62,877 bases of DNA, filler included, from Piptocephalis cylindrospora (GCA_003614145.1; 21 parts of 21 records of this genome joined end to end with filler, not necessarily neighbours in it), one strand, 5' to 3'; shown: positions 11,993-24,134, numbered from the whole stretch's first letter. The notes: generated by a model not told the origin, from the sequence alone. Numbers and translations are program-made.

Positions 11993-12904
11993 ATCATGGA
12001 GGAAGCGCCTAAAGTGGAATGGGACGACATTGCAGGCCTTGCCCATGCCAAGAAAAGCATTCAAGAAATTGTTGTTTGGCCCATGCTGCGACCGTGAGTA
12101 CGATTGGATGGACGATGCTGATGCCCCAACTCACTCTTTCCTTCATCTAGAGACATCTTCACCGGTCTACGACGTCCACCCAAGGGGCTTCTTCTCTTTG
12201 GACCACCTGGTACGGGAAAGACCCTTATTGGGAAGTGTATTGCCAGTCAATCCGGCGCCACCTTTTTCAACATCAGCTCCTCCTCTCTCACCTCCAAGTG
12301 GGTGGGAGATGGAGAAAAGATGGTCAGGACCATGTTTGCTGTGGCAAGGAGGCACCAGCCGGCGGTAATTTTTATGGATGAGATTGACTCGCTACTCTCG
12401 CAAAGAACGGATAAGGATGTAGAGTCAACAAGAAGGATCAAGACAGAGTTCCTCGTGCAGTTTGACGGGTGTGGCCACTCCCGGGACACCGATAGGATCC
12501 TCATTGTGGGGGCGACCAATCGTCCACAGGAGATTGATGAGGCGGCAAGAAGGAGGTTCGGGAAGAGACTGTACATTCCCTTGCCGGACCGAGACTCCCG
12601 TATCACCATGGCTCGTCATTTACTTCGGGATCAGGTGCACTCGGTCGATGAAGAGGGTTTGGGGCTGATTGGCGATCGCACAGAGGGCTACTCAGGCTCG
12701 GACATGGATGGTCTATGCCGGGAAGCAGCCCTTGGGCCCATCCGGGATATCCAAGACATTGTCCATGTGCGTCTTGACGAAGTTCGTCCCATGACCCTGG
12801 AGGATTTCGTGGTGGCTTTGACCCAGGTCCGTCAGAGTGTCGGGGACGAGGAGCTTGATGGGTATCGATCCTGGAATTTGATGTACGGGTCCTTGGGGGA
12901 GTGA
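11993..12904 (+). CDS. FIGNL1: Fidgetin-like 1 type AAA+ ATPase (meiotic clade), 5' partial
   Basis: WDDIAGL...[10 protein letters not shown], intron, then [33 protein letters not shown], Walker [25 protein letters not shown] and C-terminal WNLMYGS. Confidence 0.85.
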
Positions 12905-14516
12905 AGGGGAGATTCTTGTAGCGGCTGAGTGTTGATCGATATGCTTGGCTTTCTCCTTTATTCTACGGTAACACGGACAACGGGGCACTTTTCGGTCCAC
13001 CCACCCACCTGCCCAATGCACTATGTACTTCACCGAGGAAGGAAGATAGAATGCCCCAACCTGCCTATTTAATGCTTGAATTTTTAGCTAATGTCATTGA
13101 AGCTCATGGGATATCATTTACGCATCAGTGCAAGACGGTTCCTGAAGTGACTGAAATGTTATCCTTACTTGCTGAATCATGGATCATTTCGGTCGCTGTC
13201 TTCTGTAGTAACGTCTAAATGAAGGACGGGTAGGGTGCTAGTCAAGTACTTATCATTTTCCCCCGCCAAAGAGGGATGAAGCAGACATACTATGATGGAT
13301 TATCTGCTAGATGATTCGCACATCATCAACGACGAGAATTAGTTCATTGAAAACGTCCAAGCTGGCAGCCATGCATGCACCTTTCTCCAGAGGGATAGCA
13401 GGGGGAATACCCTCTCTCCTGTGACACTGCAGTACTCCTCCAAATTCGGCGAGATCCAAGGGTCAGGCCCATCTCCCACGATGATGGCCATTGTTTTCTA
13501 GATCCAACCCAATGAGGCTCCCATGCTCACTCGAGTAGATCGCCCTCCTTATCCCCGATGATCACTTTATCAGCCCACAACCCGGGTCAATTGTGGTCTC
13601 TCATTGTCGAACATGGCGATTCATTTTTCTCAGGCATTGGGTGATGACAAGTACGGCAAAGGCATGGAGGGTGCAACATGCTAGCTGTATTGCATGCTCA
13701 TTCTCCCAAGGCCGAGGGAAGAATCCATCTGTCCTTGCTGAGGACTGCATCATGCAAGCTATTTTTATCTCGCATGTCAGTGGTGTCAATGGACAAAACC
13801 TCCCATTGGCCCCATCCATCTCCGCTGGGGTAACCCATGCTTAAGGGAAGGGAGGGGAGAGAGAGCGAGAAAGTGAGTGAGAGTGAGGGAGGGAGAGGGA
13901 GAGTATTGTGTGAGGAGGGGAGAGGGAGTGCATAGTGTGAGGGAGACAGAAGAGTGTGGGGCACACGTCATGTGTATGGGCAGCTGGGTTGACGCGGCGA
14001 TGGTTGGTGGGCGACAACTCCGCCCTCTCTCACCCAATACCTTAGCCAATGCAACCCATCATGGCCTGGTCGGTCTATCTGAGAAGAAAGTAGAGTAAGT
14101 CAGCCAGATTCAGTACGATGATATTTCCAGGGGAGGGGGTATATTTTTCAGCCACCTTGGACCTTGTGCCCTTTGGGATTCCGTCATGCCAGGGTGGCCT
14201 TGTCCCTTTTTCTCTCGCCCCTTGCCAAAAGATATGGTACTTTCCCTTCTTGGATATACCTCCCTCCCTGTCGATACCCCTTTCACATTTTTGCATTGTT
14301 TTTCAAAAAACCCTTCCTCACATCCTCAACCACCCACCTGGTATCTAGATGTCTTGTCCCATGCCCAAGGACATACACTGCGAAAAGACATCCTCCAGCA
14401 GCTTACTCATCCCTACCCCCTCCCCTCCCCACTAGGGCTTCCGCGCAAGTATGTGTATGTCTGGGTAAACGCGTGTTAATGCTCAGGTGTTGACGCACAT
14501 GTCTCATCCACCGCCC

Positions 14517-14548
14517 CACCATCACCACCACCACCACCACCACCAGCA
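14517..14548 (+). repeat. (CAC)n microsatellite
   Basis: caccatcaccaccaccaccaccaccaccagca. Confidence 0.8.
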
Positions 14549-15986
14549 TGGTTACTTCCCCGTTCCCATGCCTCCCTTTCCTCTTCCCGCCTTTCCCCCT
14601 CCCCCTTCCCCCCATCCAGACCTCAGAGGAGTGTGTGTCCCCCTCTCACCCTCTGTCAAGTATATGTGTTCCCTCCATCAAGTATGTGTCCCCAGTAGAT
14701 GCTTCTTAGTGTGTGCGATGCTTAGTGGTGCCAGCATCGGGACCGAGGGAACGGAGGAAAAAGAGGCTGAGCGCACGTGTACGACCGAGCCTGGCACGTA
14801 CGTCTGCACTGTATGGTTCAGGATGCTTCGGTGGGAGGGGGGAGGAGGGGCCATAGGACTGGGCCCGACTAATGGATGGAGGGTCCATGTGTNNNNNNNN
14901 NNNNNNNNNNNNNNNNNNNNNNNNNNNNNNNNNNNNTTAATTAATTAANNNNNNNNNNNNNNNNNNNNNNNNNNNNNNNNNNNNNNNNNNNNATGGGATA
15001 AGGAGGAAGTGGGGGAATAACACGTAAATTTTTTTTACCTTCATTACCTCCCTTTACCCTATATCCCTGAAATAAGGGTATCATAATTCTAATCGATCGT
15101 GATCCCTAGGTACCCTAGTTTCGACGTTCTCATCACCGTAATTCAAGAACAGGGTGAATACTTCTACTGTTGGAGACGTTACGCTGTTGCGTGATATTCC
15201 ATTCTTTACCCATCTTCGATGATGATAGGGGAGTGAGCTAGCTTATGTTGAAATTTTCTATATTTGGGTCGTTAAACCAAGCCACCCTCATCTTATGGAT
15301 GCTAAGGGACTCTACAGATGGGCATGTCATGATTCCTTGAGGGCGCTGTCATTCGCCTCGCCCCTTAATCGTCGGCAACCTCTTCCCTTAGCCGACTGTC
15401 ATCTCCTCCAGGCGGCCACCCACCTCCTTCGCTCACTTTCTCCCATCGTCATTTTTCGTTCCAGGGCGACCTCCTATTTCTCACCCCCTCAATGAAGGGT
15501 GACACGTCCCCTAGGGAAGACAGGGACTGTCGATGTCACCTCCTTCAGACCAATCCAAATTTAACGCACGGCCCCTTCCGTCCTCCGACTCATCGATAGG
15601 ATAGATTGATTGATAGAGTAAAAGTAGTTTTGTATTATTATGACGACGTTGATCATCCTTCATCGTTTCCCTTTGGTACAGACAGTGAGAGTGATCCACA
15701 TCAGTCGTAGGGTCCCCCTCTCGTCCACCTAACCATCACCCGCATCATCCCATCGAGCCTCCCTTCCTATACCCCCTGTCTCCTTCAATCCTCCAAGGTC
15801 TCCAAGGTATAAGAGGGGGTGATGGGCACGAGGAAGTATGGAAAATTGAGCGAAAGGGTATTTTCCTTTTTCTCATACTCCATCCCACCTAGCCTCCTCC
15901 CATCCCTATCCCCTGTTATCCCTTCACTCATCTCCTGTTTGATTTTTTTTCCAGATTATCCCCTCCCTAATTCGCTTCTCCCTTCC

Positions 15987-16420
15987 ATGACATACGATCC
16001 GAGCCCCTCTCCACACCATCCCAAACCTTCGCTGATCCAAGGAAAGCGAAGGTCCGTGCTATCCCTCGGTCATCGAAAGTCCTTGTCGGTGGCTCCTTCC
16101 CCTCTCACGCACTCCCAGTCCTTCTCCACCTTCGAGTCCCTACGTACTAAAGCCTTGTATCTAGATCTCAACGGTGTATGCCATTCATGTGCCTCCATTG
16201 GGCTTACTGGTCATTTGCTTTGCTGTAAGTGGCGATGAGCCATTGTGGGAGAGAGATATTGTTTGGAGGGGGGGATGACTCCTCCTTTATATTCATGCTC
16301 CTCCCCCATCCCCTTCCACAGGTCACTGGATCTGTAATGAGTGTTTCCTCATTACTCAACGTCGATGCCCCATTTGTCGAAGATGAAGGGATATCATGGT
16401 CAAGGAGGCATCTACTGTAC
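15987..16420 (+). CDS. Putative spliced RING-like zinc-finger protein (3' exons unresolved)
   Basis: ATG at 15987. Joining the GTAAGT donor (16225) to the CAG acceptor (16321) gives CHSC-x9-CCHWICNEC-x7-CPFVED. Confidence 0.4.
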
Positions 16421-17353
16421 GTATTCTCCTCCCTGTCGTCGTCATCCTTACCCCTCCCCCATATGTCCCCTGTAGAGTATTTTGCGCATCAATATCATAC
16501 ATTTGCTTTTAATCATGATCGTCAAGTCCCACTCAGGTGACTAGGCGTTGATTCCCTCCCTCCCTCCTTTCCCAGATTATTCTAGACCCTACACTTGTAT
16601 GCACCTTCCGAATGTAGGCGGTAACTCTCGATTGCCACACGGCCGTGCCCCTTCCTACAGTCTCACAGCGGTAACACCATTGTGTCTCCCTCTATTAGCC
16701 GTCTTCTCCAGGGTGTAAAATACCCCGCAAATTATCCTTGCGATGTATGATCCATGACTCTCCTCTACTTTCTGGTAAAACATATAGATCCCAGCCACAT
16801 ATAGAATATTCAATTCCGTAGCCGCTTGTATATGGCCTTGCCTTGATAAATCCAATCGTGATAAATCAAGAAGCGAGCCATTACGGGCTGTTTCTCTTGA
16901 TCGCCAAGGCCCTCTCCCTCTGATTCATCCATATCATGGGTAGAAAGAGTAGTAAAAGTACCTCAATGGTCATGTATGACGCCTCTATGATTCTAAAACC
17001 AAGACCGTCTAGTCACACTAGGCAAATCCCGATCTATTGATCCATATATCGTCATTTTACCGCCCAAAATATTGACCTCCATCAGTTAGCGTCCAATACC
17101 GGCCTGTCAGATCTGGCTCACCACCTTACATCAAGGCCTGTATCTATTGTATCTCGTGGGTAAGTCGTGAGGCCAACGTATCTATGTGTATATATCCACA
17201 TTCACCACCATTGGCCCACACCTTGATGCCTGACCGGTAAACGTCACCATGTGGAATCTGAATTTTCCCACAGCTCCATCTTCAGATATTCTTCTTCCCA
17301 CATTCCCCCCCACACTCCCTCGGGCTCAAGCTCCTTATCCCTCCTGATAAATC

Positions 17354-17924
17354 ATGTGCATCGCGACCTGGATTTGTCCTTCTTCGGGCCCTTACAGCTT
17401 TATCTATGCCTCAAACCGAGACGAGATAGTCAGTCGACCCACTCAACGACTGGGCCCCCTTCCCGATCCAACTGGGAAAGCGCCGGAATTTTTGGCGGGG
17501 AAGGACATGCTCGGAGGTGGAACCTGGTTGGGGGTTCGTAAGGACGGTCGCTTTGCCGCCCTGACGAACTTTAGACAGGAAGAAGCTCCTCAGGAACCGG
17601 AACATCCCGCCCCAGGATCTACCCGTGGCACCCTCATTCTTGATGCCCTCTCCTCCCTCTCGATATCAGTTGAGGAGACGTGTCAGAGGATTGCGGATGA
17701 AGGGGATACTTTTAGCGGATTTTCCCTGGTTCTCGGAGATATATCCCACCTTCCCTCCCCCACCATCACCTCCACCTCCAATCATGGTCCTAACCGACAG
17801 CATCCGGTCCGGGCTGATGAGCCGGATCGTCCTTACGTCCTTAGTAACACCAGTCTGGACCACGATGATCATTGGCCAAAGATGTCATTTCTACGCAAAC
17901 GCTTTTTTGACATTGCCTCCAAGG
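17354..17924 (+). CDS. TANGO2/NRDE-family protein, 3' partial
   Basis: Starts MCI; contains ASNRDE, RPT, GGTWLG, GRFAALTNFR, TRG and LSN...WPK. Confidence 0.93.
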
Positions 17925-18046
17925 NNNNNNNNNNNNNNNNNNNNNNNNNNNNNNNNNNNNNNNNNNNNTTAATTAATTAANNNNNNNNNNNNNNNNNNNN
18001 NNNNNNNNNNNNNNNNNNNNNNNNCAACCAACCCCTTATCCTTTAG

Positions 18047-18227
18047 AGTATGGGAAAGTCCATTGGGTCTCTTCTATCACTTCTTCTCCGTTGCTTGGTT
18101 TGCCGTCTGGTCCATCCTGACTGATCCTCAGGGTCCAACCATGGGCCTAGCCTTGCTTCAGTCCGTGCAAGTGCTTTTCAAGGCTGTCCACGTCATTGCT
18201 CCTGTCATTTGGTCTGAGGTCTGGTAA
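18047..18227 (+). CDS. ERG1: Squalene epoxidase, last exon (missing from the ORF track)
   Basis: After the TTTAG acceptor: VWESPLGLFYHFFSVAWFAVW...QVLFKAVHVIAPVIWSEVW*. This matches the P..L..HFF.VA and P.I.sE C-terminal signature of squalene monooxygenases. Confidence 0.75.
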
Positions 18228-19192
18228 AAGCAACGAGGAGGAAACTGACCTGAAATGGGGTCTCGTAGTGGGAGTATATGGTGGCTACCTCTGCTTCCTC
18301 TTTCTCTCCCATTCATGTTTTGTCGATAGTCAATACGTCGTGTCTGCTTTAATGGATGTGATTCTTTTGAGTGTATTCACTTTTGTTTTACTTACATCTC
18401 TTTGACCCATCATTAGCATCATACCTGATCAAGTCCAGTATAGATGAACAGAAGGACGTGTATGTTTCAGCTATAAATAGGTCAAAACGACTTGGTGGCA
18501 CGTTATTGTGAAGAAAGACTAGACCCAAGTGCATGATACCGAAGGAGAAATATGCTACATGTTTCCAAAGATAACAGCTGGAGAACACTGCCATTTTCGT
18601 CCACCTTTCATTGCGGCTTCGGATCTTTCATAGGTACCACATTCCCCATCCCGTCTGTTGATCACTTTTGTTCGTCTCTTGCTCGCCCCTACTTCCTCTC
18701 CTTGCCTCTCCTCTCCCATTCACCCTCGCTATCCCGCCATCTACCCTCCCTCCCCTCTCTCAGTTGGTGCTTGCTCAGTCACTTTATCTTCATCCCCTCC
18801 ATCTCTCCTTTCCTTGGCAAACCCCTCAAATCCATTATATGACCTCCTGTTGTTTCAACATACATCCGTAACTAGTTATTGGTAGCTTTAAACCATCACG
18901 CTTTAAACTCCGCTTTCTTCATTCATTGTATCGTCTGAACCCCTCCACCATCATTTTGCGTGCAATGACAACTTTCCATCCTTGGCATATCCTCAGACTG
19001 ATTGCCACCATCTTATCATAAATGCAAGTCTTTATTCCTGACCCTTCCTCCCCTCCCCCAACATTCCCTTTCTCCTCCCACACGTTCTCTTTCTGTCCCA
19101 GCTATCTATCCTTTCACGAATTTTTCTAAAGATCCATCCTTCCCCCCTATCCTACTGACGTGAACACGCCCTTCCTTTCCATCTATCCTTCA

Positions 19193-20500
19193 ATGCTACT
19201 CCCTTGCTTCTCTGGCCCCCCATCTACATCGACGGCCCTAATGGTCTCAATGCTCCTTCTTGTCATGGCCACTCCCCTTTTGCACGCCAGCCCAGCCCCT
19301 AATCTAAAGGGCTTTAAAGAGAGGCTTCGTGCTCTTGGCTCTGGTAGGAAAGATATTTTAGTGGATCATCCCCTCACTCCTACCCCCGGAGACAAAGGCT
19401 GGAAGAGAAATTCTGCCACCACCGAAATGTCCCTCCAGAGCGATATATGGTCCAGCAAGATTAAAAAGGCCATCAAAGAAACAATATCCGGTACCGCCCC
19501 TCAAGATCGCTCATCCGATGATGTGGGGAGCACCAAGTATAAGCTCACATTGCACGGACCCATAGGCGAAATGACTGATACTTTTGTCAAAGGAAGTCTG
19601 AAGGTGGGAAAAAGTTCATCTGAAGATGTCATGGTTCATTGCCTCTCCAAAGGCCGTGTGGATTCCATGTACGAGGATGCACCTACCAAAGTTGCTATCC
19701 ACGAGGCCGTCTACTCGATAAAGGCTCATGGTCGAGCCGAAAAAGCATCTGTTACAATTCGTGCTTTACATCTGACCCACCCAACGCATTGGATGATCAT
19801 CCAGGAGCTAACCCAAGCTACCCTGCATGATTGGTTTAAAAATGAGAAATCCCGTCACGGTATGGCCTTAGCCCAGGCCTCCCTGTCCAATATGATATAC
19901 TTTCTGCTCACTGGACTCTCCAAGCTGGCCAAATCTGGCCTTTATCAGCGAGACCTCACCCCTTATAATCTTTATGTCGTCGGTGCTGGTGCCGCCAGCC
20001 GTATTAAGATCCGTTCTTTTGCAATGACCGCCTATTTTCCTGGTGGCAGCGTCACACCTGTATCTGTCAAGTCGGCGCCATATAGTCTTCACTTCAACCA
20101 TCCCATCTTTTTCAAGCCGAATACCCAGCCCAAGGGCCATTACCTCATTACCCGCCCCCATGCTGATAAACAGATGGCCTATCAATTGGCGTCCATCATT
20201 CATCACCTCTTCTTTGGAACTTCAGCTAAATTCACTGGCTATGCAAAGCGCTCGGTGAGTCCCATAGACGAGAAAGAGGTCAAGATCAGTGCCCATCTCT
20301 ACAACCTATTACGCTCCATTTTTCCATCCCATACCTCATCCCGCCCCACATCGGACGGATCTACATTGAGCAACGCCAAAACTCCTACTTTATCCAACTC
20401 TGAGGCTGCTCCTCCCCTTGACTCTCTTCCCACATTGGATAATCTCATGAAAAACTACATTAATCCCTGGTATAAGGAAATGAATGACAAAAAAACATAG
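19193..20500 (+). CDS. Secreted protein-kinase-like protein (predicted pseudokinase), intronless
   Basis: Hydrophobic signal-like segment ALMVSMLLLVMATPLLHA|SPAP. Kinase-fold landmarks WMIIQELTQATLHDW, LLTGLSKLAKSGLYQRDLTPYNL and IKIRSFAM. Start could be 19193 or a downstream ATG. Confidence 0.75.
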   Translation: MLLPCFSGPPSTSTALMVSMLLLVMATPLLHASPAPNLKGFKERLRALGSGRKDILVDHPLTPTPGDKGWKRNSATTEMSLQSDIWSSKIKKAIKETISGTAPQDRSSDDVGSTKYKLTLHGPIGEMTDTFVKGSLKVGKSSSEDVMVHCLSKGRVDSMYEDAPTKVAIHEAVYSIKAHGRAEKASVTIRALHLTHPTHWMIIQELTQATLHDWFKNEKSRHGMALAQASLSNMIYFLLTGLSKLAKSGLYQRDLTPYNLYVVGAGAASRIKIRSFAMTAYFPGGSVTPVSVKSAPYSLHFNHPIFFKPNTQPKGHYLITRPHADKQMAYQLASIIHHLFFGTSAKFTGYAKRSVSPIDEKEVKISAHLYNLLRSIFPSHTSSRPTSDGSTLSNAKTPTLSNSEAAPPLDSLPTLDNLMKNYINPWYKEMNDKKT

Positions 20501-21053
20501 GCATTCAAGCTTAGTTAGTCTCATACTCGAGATTCTTTTCAAAAAAACTACCTCTTTCTCCTTCCCCAGATCCCATCCATGATACTATGGTGAGCTTCAA
20601 AAACATTGACCCACCACATTCAGCAAAGCGACTTTCGTTTTACATGCTTATCCAAAATGATGATCATAAAATAAAAGTGGTGCTGTTCAACGCAGCTAAG
20701 CAGGGCCCTTACAATGATATAGACATGTACGCGTATGAATATTCAATAGACCAGGCATTTATGAAATATCGGTATGATTACCAATATTTACTCTATAAGC
20801 TTCAAATTTATTAACCAAAGCTAAAAGCAATCCAAGGTGCCTTATGATCTTAACCATTTGAGCAGTCTTTGATACTATCTATTGTGAAACTGAGTCGGTG
20901 TTTATACCACCATGGACCCTATTATTCACTATCCTTCTTGCAAAAACCTGTTCNNNNNNNNNNNNNNNNNNNNNNNNNNNNNNNNNNNNNNNNNNNNTTA
21001 ATTAATTAANNNNNNNNNNNNNNNNNNNNNNNNNNNNNNNNNNNNNNNNNNNN

Positions 21054-21106
<53 letters not shown>
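21054..21106. repeat. Poly-G run (about 53 nt) at contig start
   Basis: Uninterrupted G run; shorter G runs at about 10814-10834 and 42024-42047. Confidence 0.85.
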
Positions 21107-21107
<1 letters not shown>

Positions 21108-21456
21108 AAGGAGGAGGGTGGTGGTGTATGTTTGACGCGGGGCCTCCGTGAGATTTGTCGTATTATTATGATGTATGGACCAGGCTGAGCCTTTCCTCTG
21201 GACATGACAGGAGGGCAAGGAACACCAGTGCCCTTAGACTCAGTCCCTGCTGGTTCACTTTCCTTCACGGCCCAGGGAAATGTGGTGGGTGTGATGTATG
21301 TGGTACGCCTTTCCCCGCCCAACAGTCAATAGAGACTCCTCCTACCTCTCTTTGGTCCGCAGGGATCAGTCTTTCTTCTTCCACTTCTCCTACCCCCCAT
21401 ACACCAACAGTGCCTCCCGGAATACCCCACTCTTCCCGTTGATCCCCGATTCAAGA

Positions 21457-22584
21457 ATGGATATGGATTTGGCCTTGGAGATGCAGCATGCAGTAGAGAA
21501 GGAGGTCGAGAATGAGACGCAGGTCGCACGGTACCGTCGACACCGAAGGACTCGTTCGGCCTTTTTCATCGAGCAGGAGGAGAGGGGAAAGGAGGAGGGA
21601 AGGAGGAGACGTGCCTCTCAGCACAGTCAAAGTGGGGGTAGTCTATCCCTATCCCCCCAGGACTTGATGGGAAGAGGGGATAATGACCCCAGCGAGCACG
21701 ATGACACGACGAAGGAGGCCGAGGCAGCCTTTTCTCTTTCGGATTTTCTTTCCACCCGGGAGCACTTGCCCCTGGACGCGCTGTATGATGAGCTAAAGGA
21801 TGCATTAAAGGAGATCCGGGGGAGACGCGTCGATGTCTTGAGCGTGGAGTATGGGGCGTTCATTGGTCTGGGCAAGGATCTGCATGGTCTGGATGGGGAT
21901 ATCCAGGAGATGCGTACTGCTCTGCTTCAGATGAGTAGGGAAATTCAGGGAACGGAACATGCCCTTGACAGCTCTATCTCCCGGCTGCACCAGGCATTGC
22001 ATGATGAGACGACCCGATACCACACGATCCAAGCGGGTAGAAGGGTTAATCATGGGAAGAAGCTTCGAGAGCATCTTGATGGCATCCTTCAGCAAGGGTA
22101 AGTGCACTCTTTGAGGCTGGGTGGATCTTTTTTTCTTTTTTCCATGGCCATCTCATTTCCACAATCCATCTCACAGTGCTCTGGATGAGGTCAGGAGCCA
22201 AGGGGTCATGGATACGCTGGAGTCCCTGGCCCTCCTTGGCCCTTTGTCTGATGTGGAGGAGGATGAGGTAAGGAAACATCTTACTGATGAGGATGAGGAT
22301 GAGAATGATGGGTTGGGGAATCTGCCTTTCTCACGGATCTACCCCCTCCTGGATTGTAGCGTCGATGCAAAGAGATTAAGCGGGGTAGGGAGGCCTTGGT
22401 GGAGTATGTGGATCGGTCATTGCCTTCAAGTAGCCCATCCTCCTTGTCATCACCTCTCTCACCCCATCTATCCAGATGCCTTGAATGTTTGGTTCAGGGT
22501 GAAGAAGAGGATGAGGGAATGGAAAAGGCCAAGGCATGGCTCGAGGAGCACCAGGTCGTCCCTGCCTCTCATAACGAATCATGA
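21457..22584 (+). CDS. COG2: COG complex subunit 2-like protein, multi-exon
   Basis: FSLSDFL...LPLDALYDEL...VLSVEYGAFIGLGKDLHGLDGDI matches the COG2 N-terminal pattern. GTAAGT donor at 22098; downstream exons are approximate. Confidence 0.6.
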
Positions 22585-23704
22585 ACGCCCAGAGGAGGAC
22601 ATGATTCTTTTCGTTCATTGTACTGTACATGCTGGATAAGGATACATGGAAGAGTGAGAGATATATGAGATGTATTTCGCAGAATGGTCTAGGTATTCAT
22701 ACGTCTGAGTTCTTTGACACAGCCTCAAAGGCTCATCATCTATCAAGGGGTCATGGGAGGATCTATGAGTAGGTATAGGAGGGTTGAGGATAAGAAATGT
22801 ACCACAAAGGCAGGATCCACGTCAAAATGGCCTTCACTCAGAGAGAAGATTAAACACGATGGGTAGAACATGGAAGAGCGACCTTGTCTTGCGTCCAGGA
22901 AAAGAGGTGGATCAAGAAAGGAGGGCGTGGACAGAGAGGGGGGAAGGGAGGGGGGGAGGGGGGAATGTAAAAAGATACACTCACATCCTCCCCTCCCGCC
23001 TCCCCCCTCCTGCTTCATCCCTCTAGCCTGATCATCCCACCCTCCTGGACTCAGGACACGGACCTCTCCTTCTCCAACCAGTCCCATCGAATGGCGATAT
23101 GATAGATTCATCACCGTGAGGGCTACTTGAGGACGAGAACAGAGTAGAATAGACTTACCTGAGGACAAATGGGGTAGGAAAAAGGAAGAGGAAAGTGGCA
23201 CGAGAATGCCCAGAGATCTGCCATTCATTGAGGGTCGTGTTTCTTTTATTTGTGGTTGACTGTGGACATCAGAGCGTTCGTCTCGCTCTTCCATGAAGAA
23301 ACCCCAAGACAGTGCTAGAAAATTCACACTGCACGAACTTAAGGGTGACCAGCCCGTATCAATGTTCACAGTGGGAGACGATCCAGCAAGGATCCTGTCC
23401 TTCCTATTGTACCCGCATTCACATTTAGACCACTAAATAATCAATGGCCTGGTCCAACTAAAGGTGGTAAGGATGGGAATGCGGAGTTTTAGCACGCGGT
23501 ATAATACTTCCTCACCACATTTGAAGGCTTAGATCATTGCTTATGCATAAAAAGCTAGGCTGATCAAGGTCCTCCTCCCTCCTGCTTCCTTCTTCCGCCT
23601 CCCTTCCTTTACGTAATCACCCATCTTATTTTCCCCCACTAGCCAACGAATTCCTCACCCGGCACGGTTTTTTTTTCTATTGGATCTGACCGTAATTGCC
23701 CATC

Positions 23705-23979
23705 ATGCGCCTCAATATCATCCTGTTTCTAGCTTCAGCCTTGGTCGTCGCTCATCCCATCTGGGCTTCCACCGCCTCTTCGATTCCTCCCCTCGACATC
23801 CCTGCCCGTCTAGCCTCAACTTCCAGTGGCCGTCTCATCCCTTTCAATAAACATAAGACTCATATTTCTTACGGCACATTTTCCTCCGATCCCCTCTCCA
23901 CTACCCCTCCACCCCTTCTTTATCATGGCAAGAACCCCAAGTTGTAAGTGCATAAGCCCCTATGCTCGCATTATCCCCC
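23705..23979 (+). CDS. First exon of a secreted protein of unknown function, 3' partial
   Basis: MRLNIILFLASALVVAHPIWA signal peptide; the reading frame ends at a GTAAGT donor near 23944. Confidence 0.6.
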
Positions 23980-24079
23980 NNNNNNNNNNNNNNNNNNNNN
24001 NNNNNNNNNNNNNNNNNNNNNNNTTAATTAATTAANNNNNNNNNNNNNNNNNNNNNNNNNNNNNNNNNNNNNNNNNNNN

Positions 24080-24134
24080 TTGGTTCCCACAAGCCCTGGA
24101 ACATCAACCCCTTCAACACACACTATAAATCCAA
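24080..24134. repeat. 55-nt exact inverted copy of the other end of the same contig (26947-27001)
   Basis: ttggttcccacaag...ataaatccaa is the reverse complement of 26947-27001; identity stops at exactly 55 nt. Confidence 0.97.

Noticed and set aside
14487..14892. Poly-His/Pro ORF suggesting a metal-binding protein
   Set aside because: It derives from a CAC microsatellite and C-tracts, starts at TTG and has no other coding signal.
21054..21106. Poly-G as a G-quadruplex element or poly-Pro protein
   Set aside because: A homopolymer at a contig end, close to k-mer length; its length is unreliable and probably artefactual.
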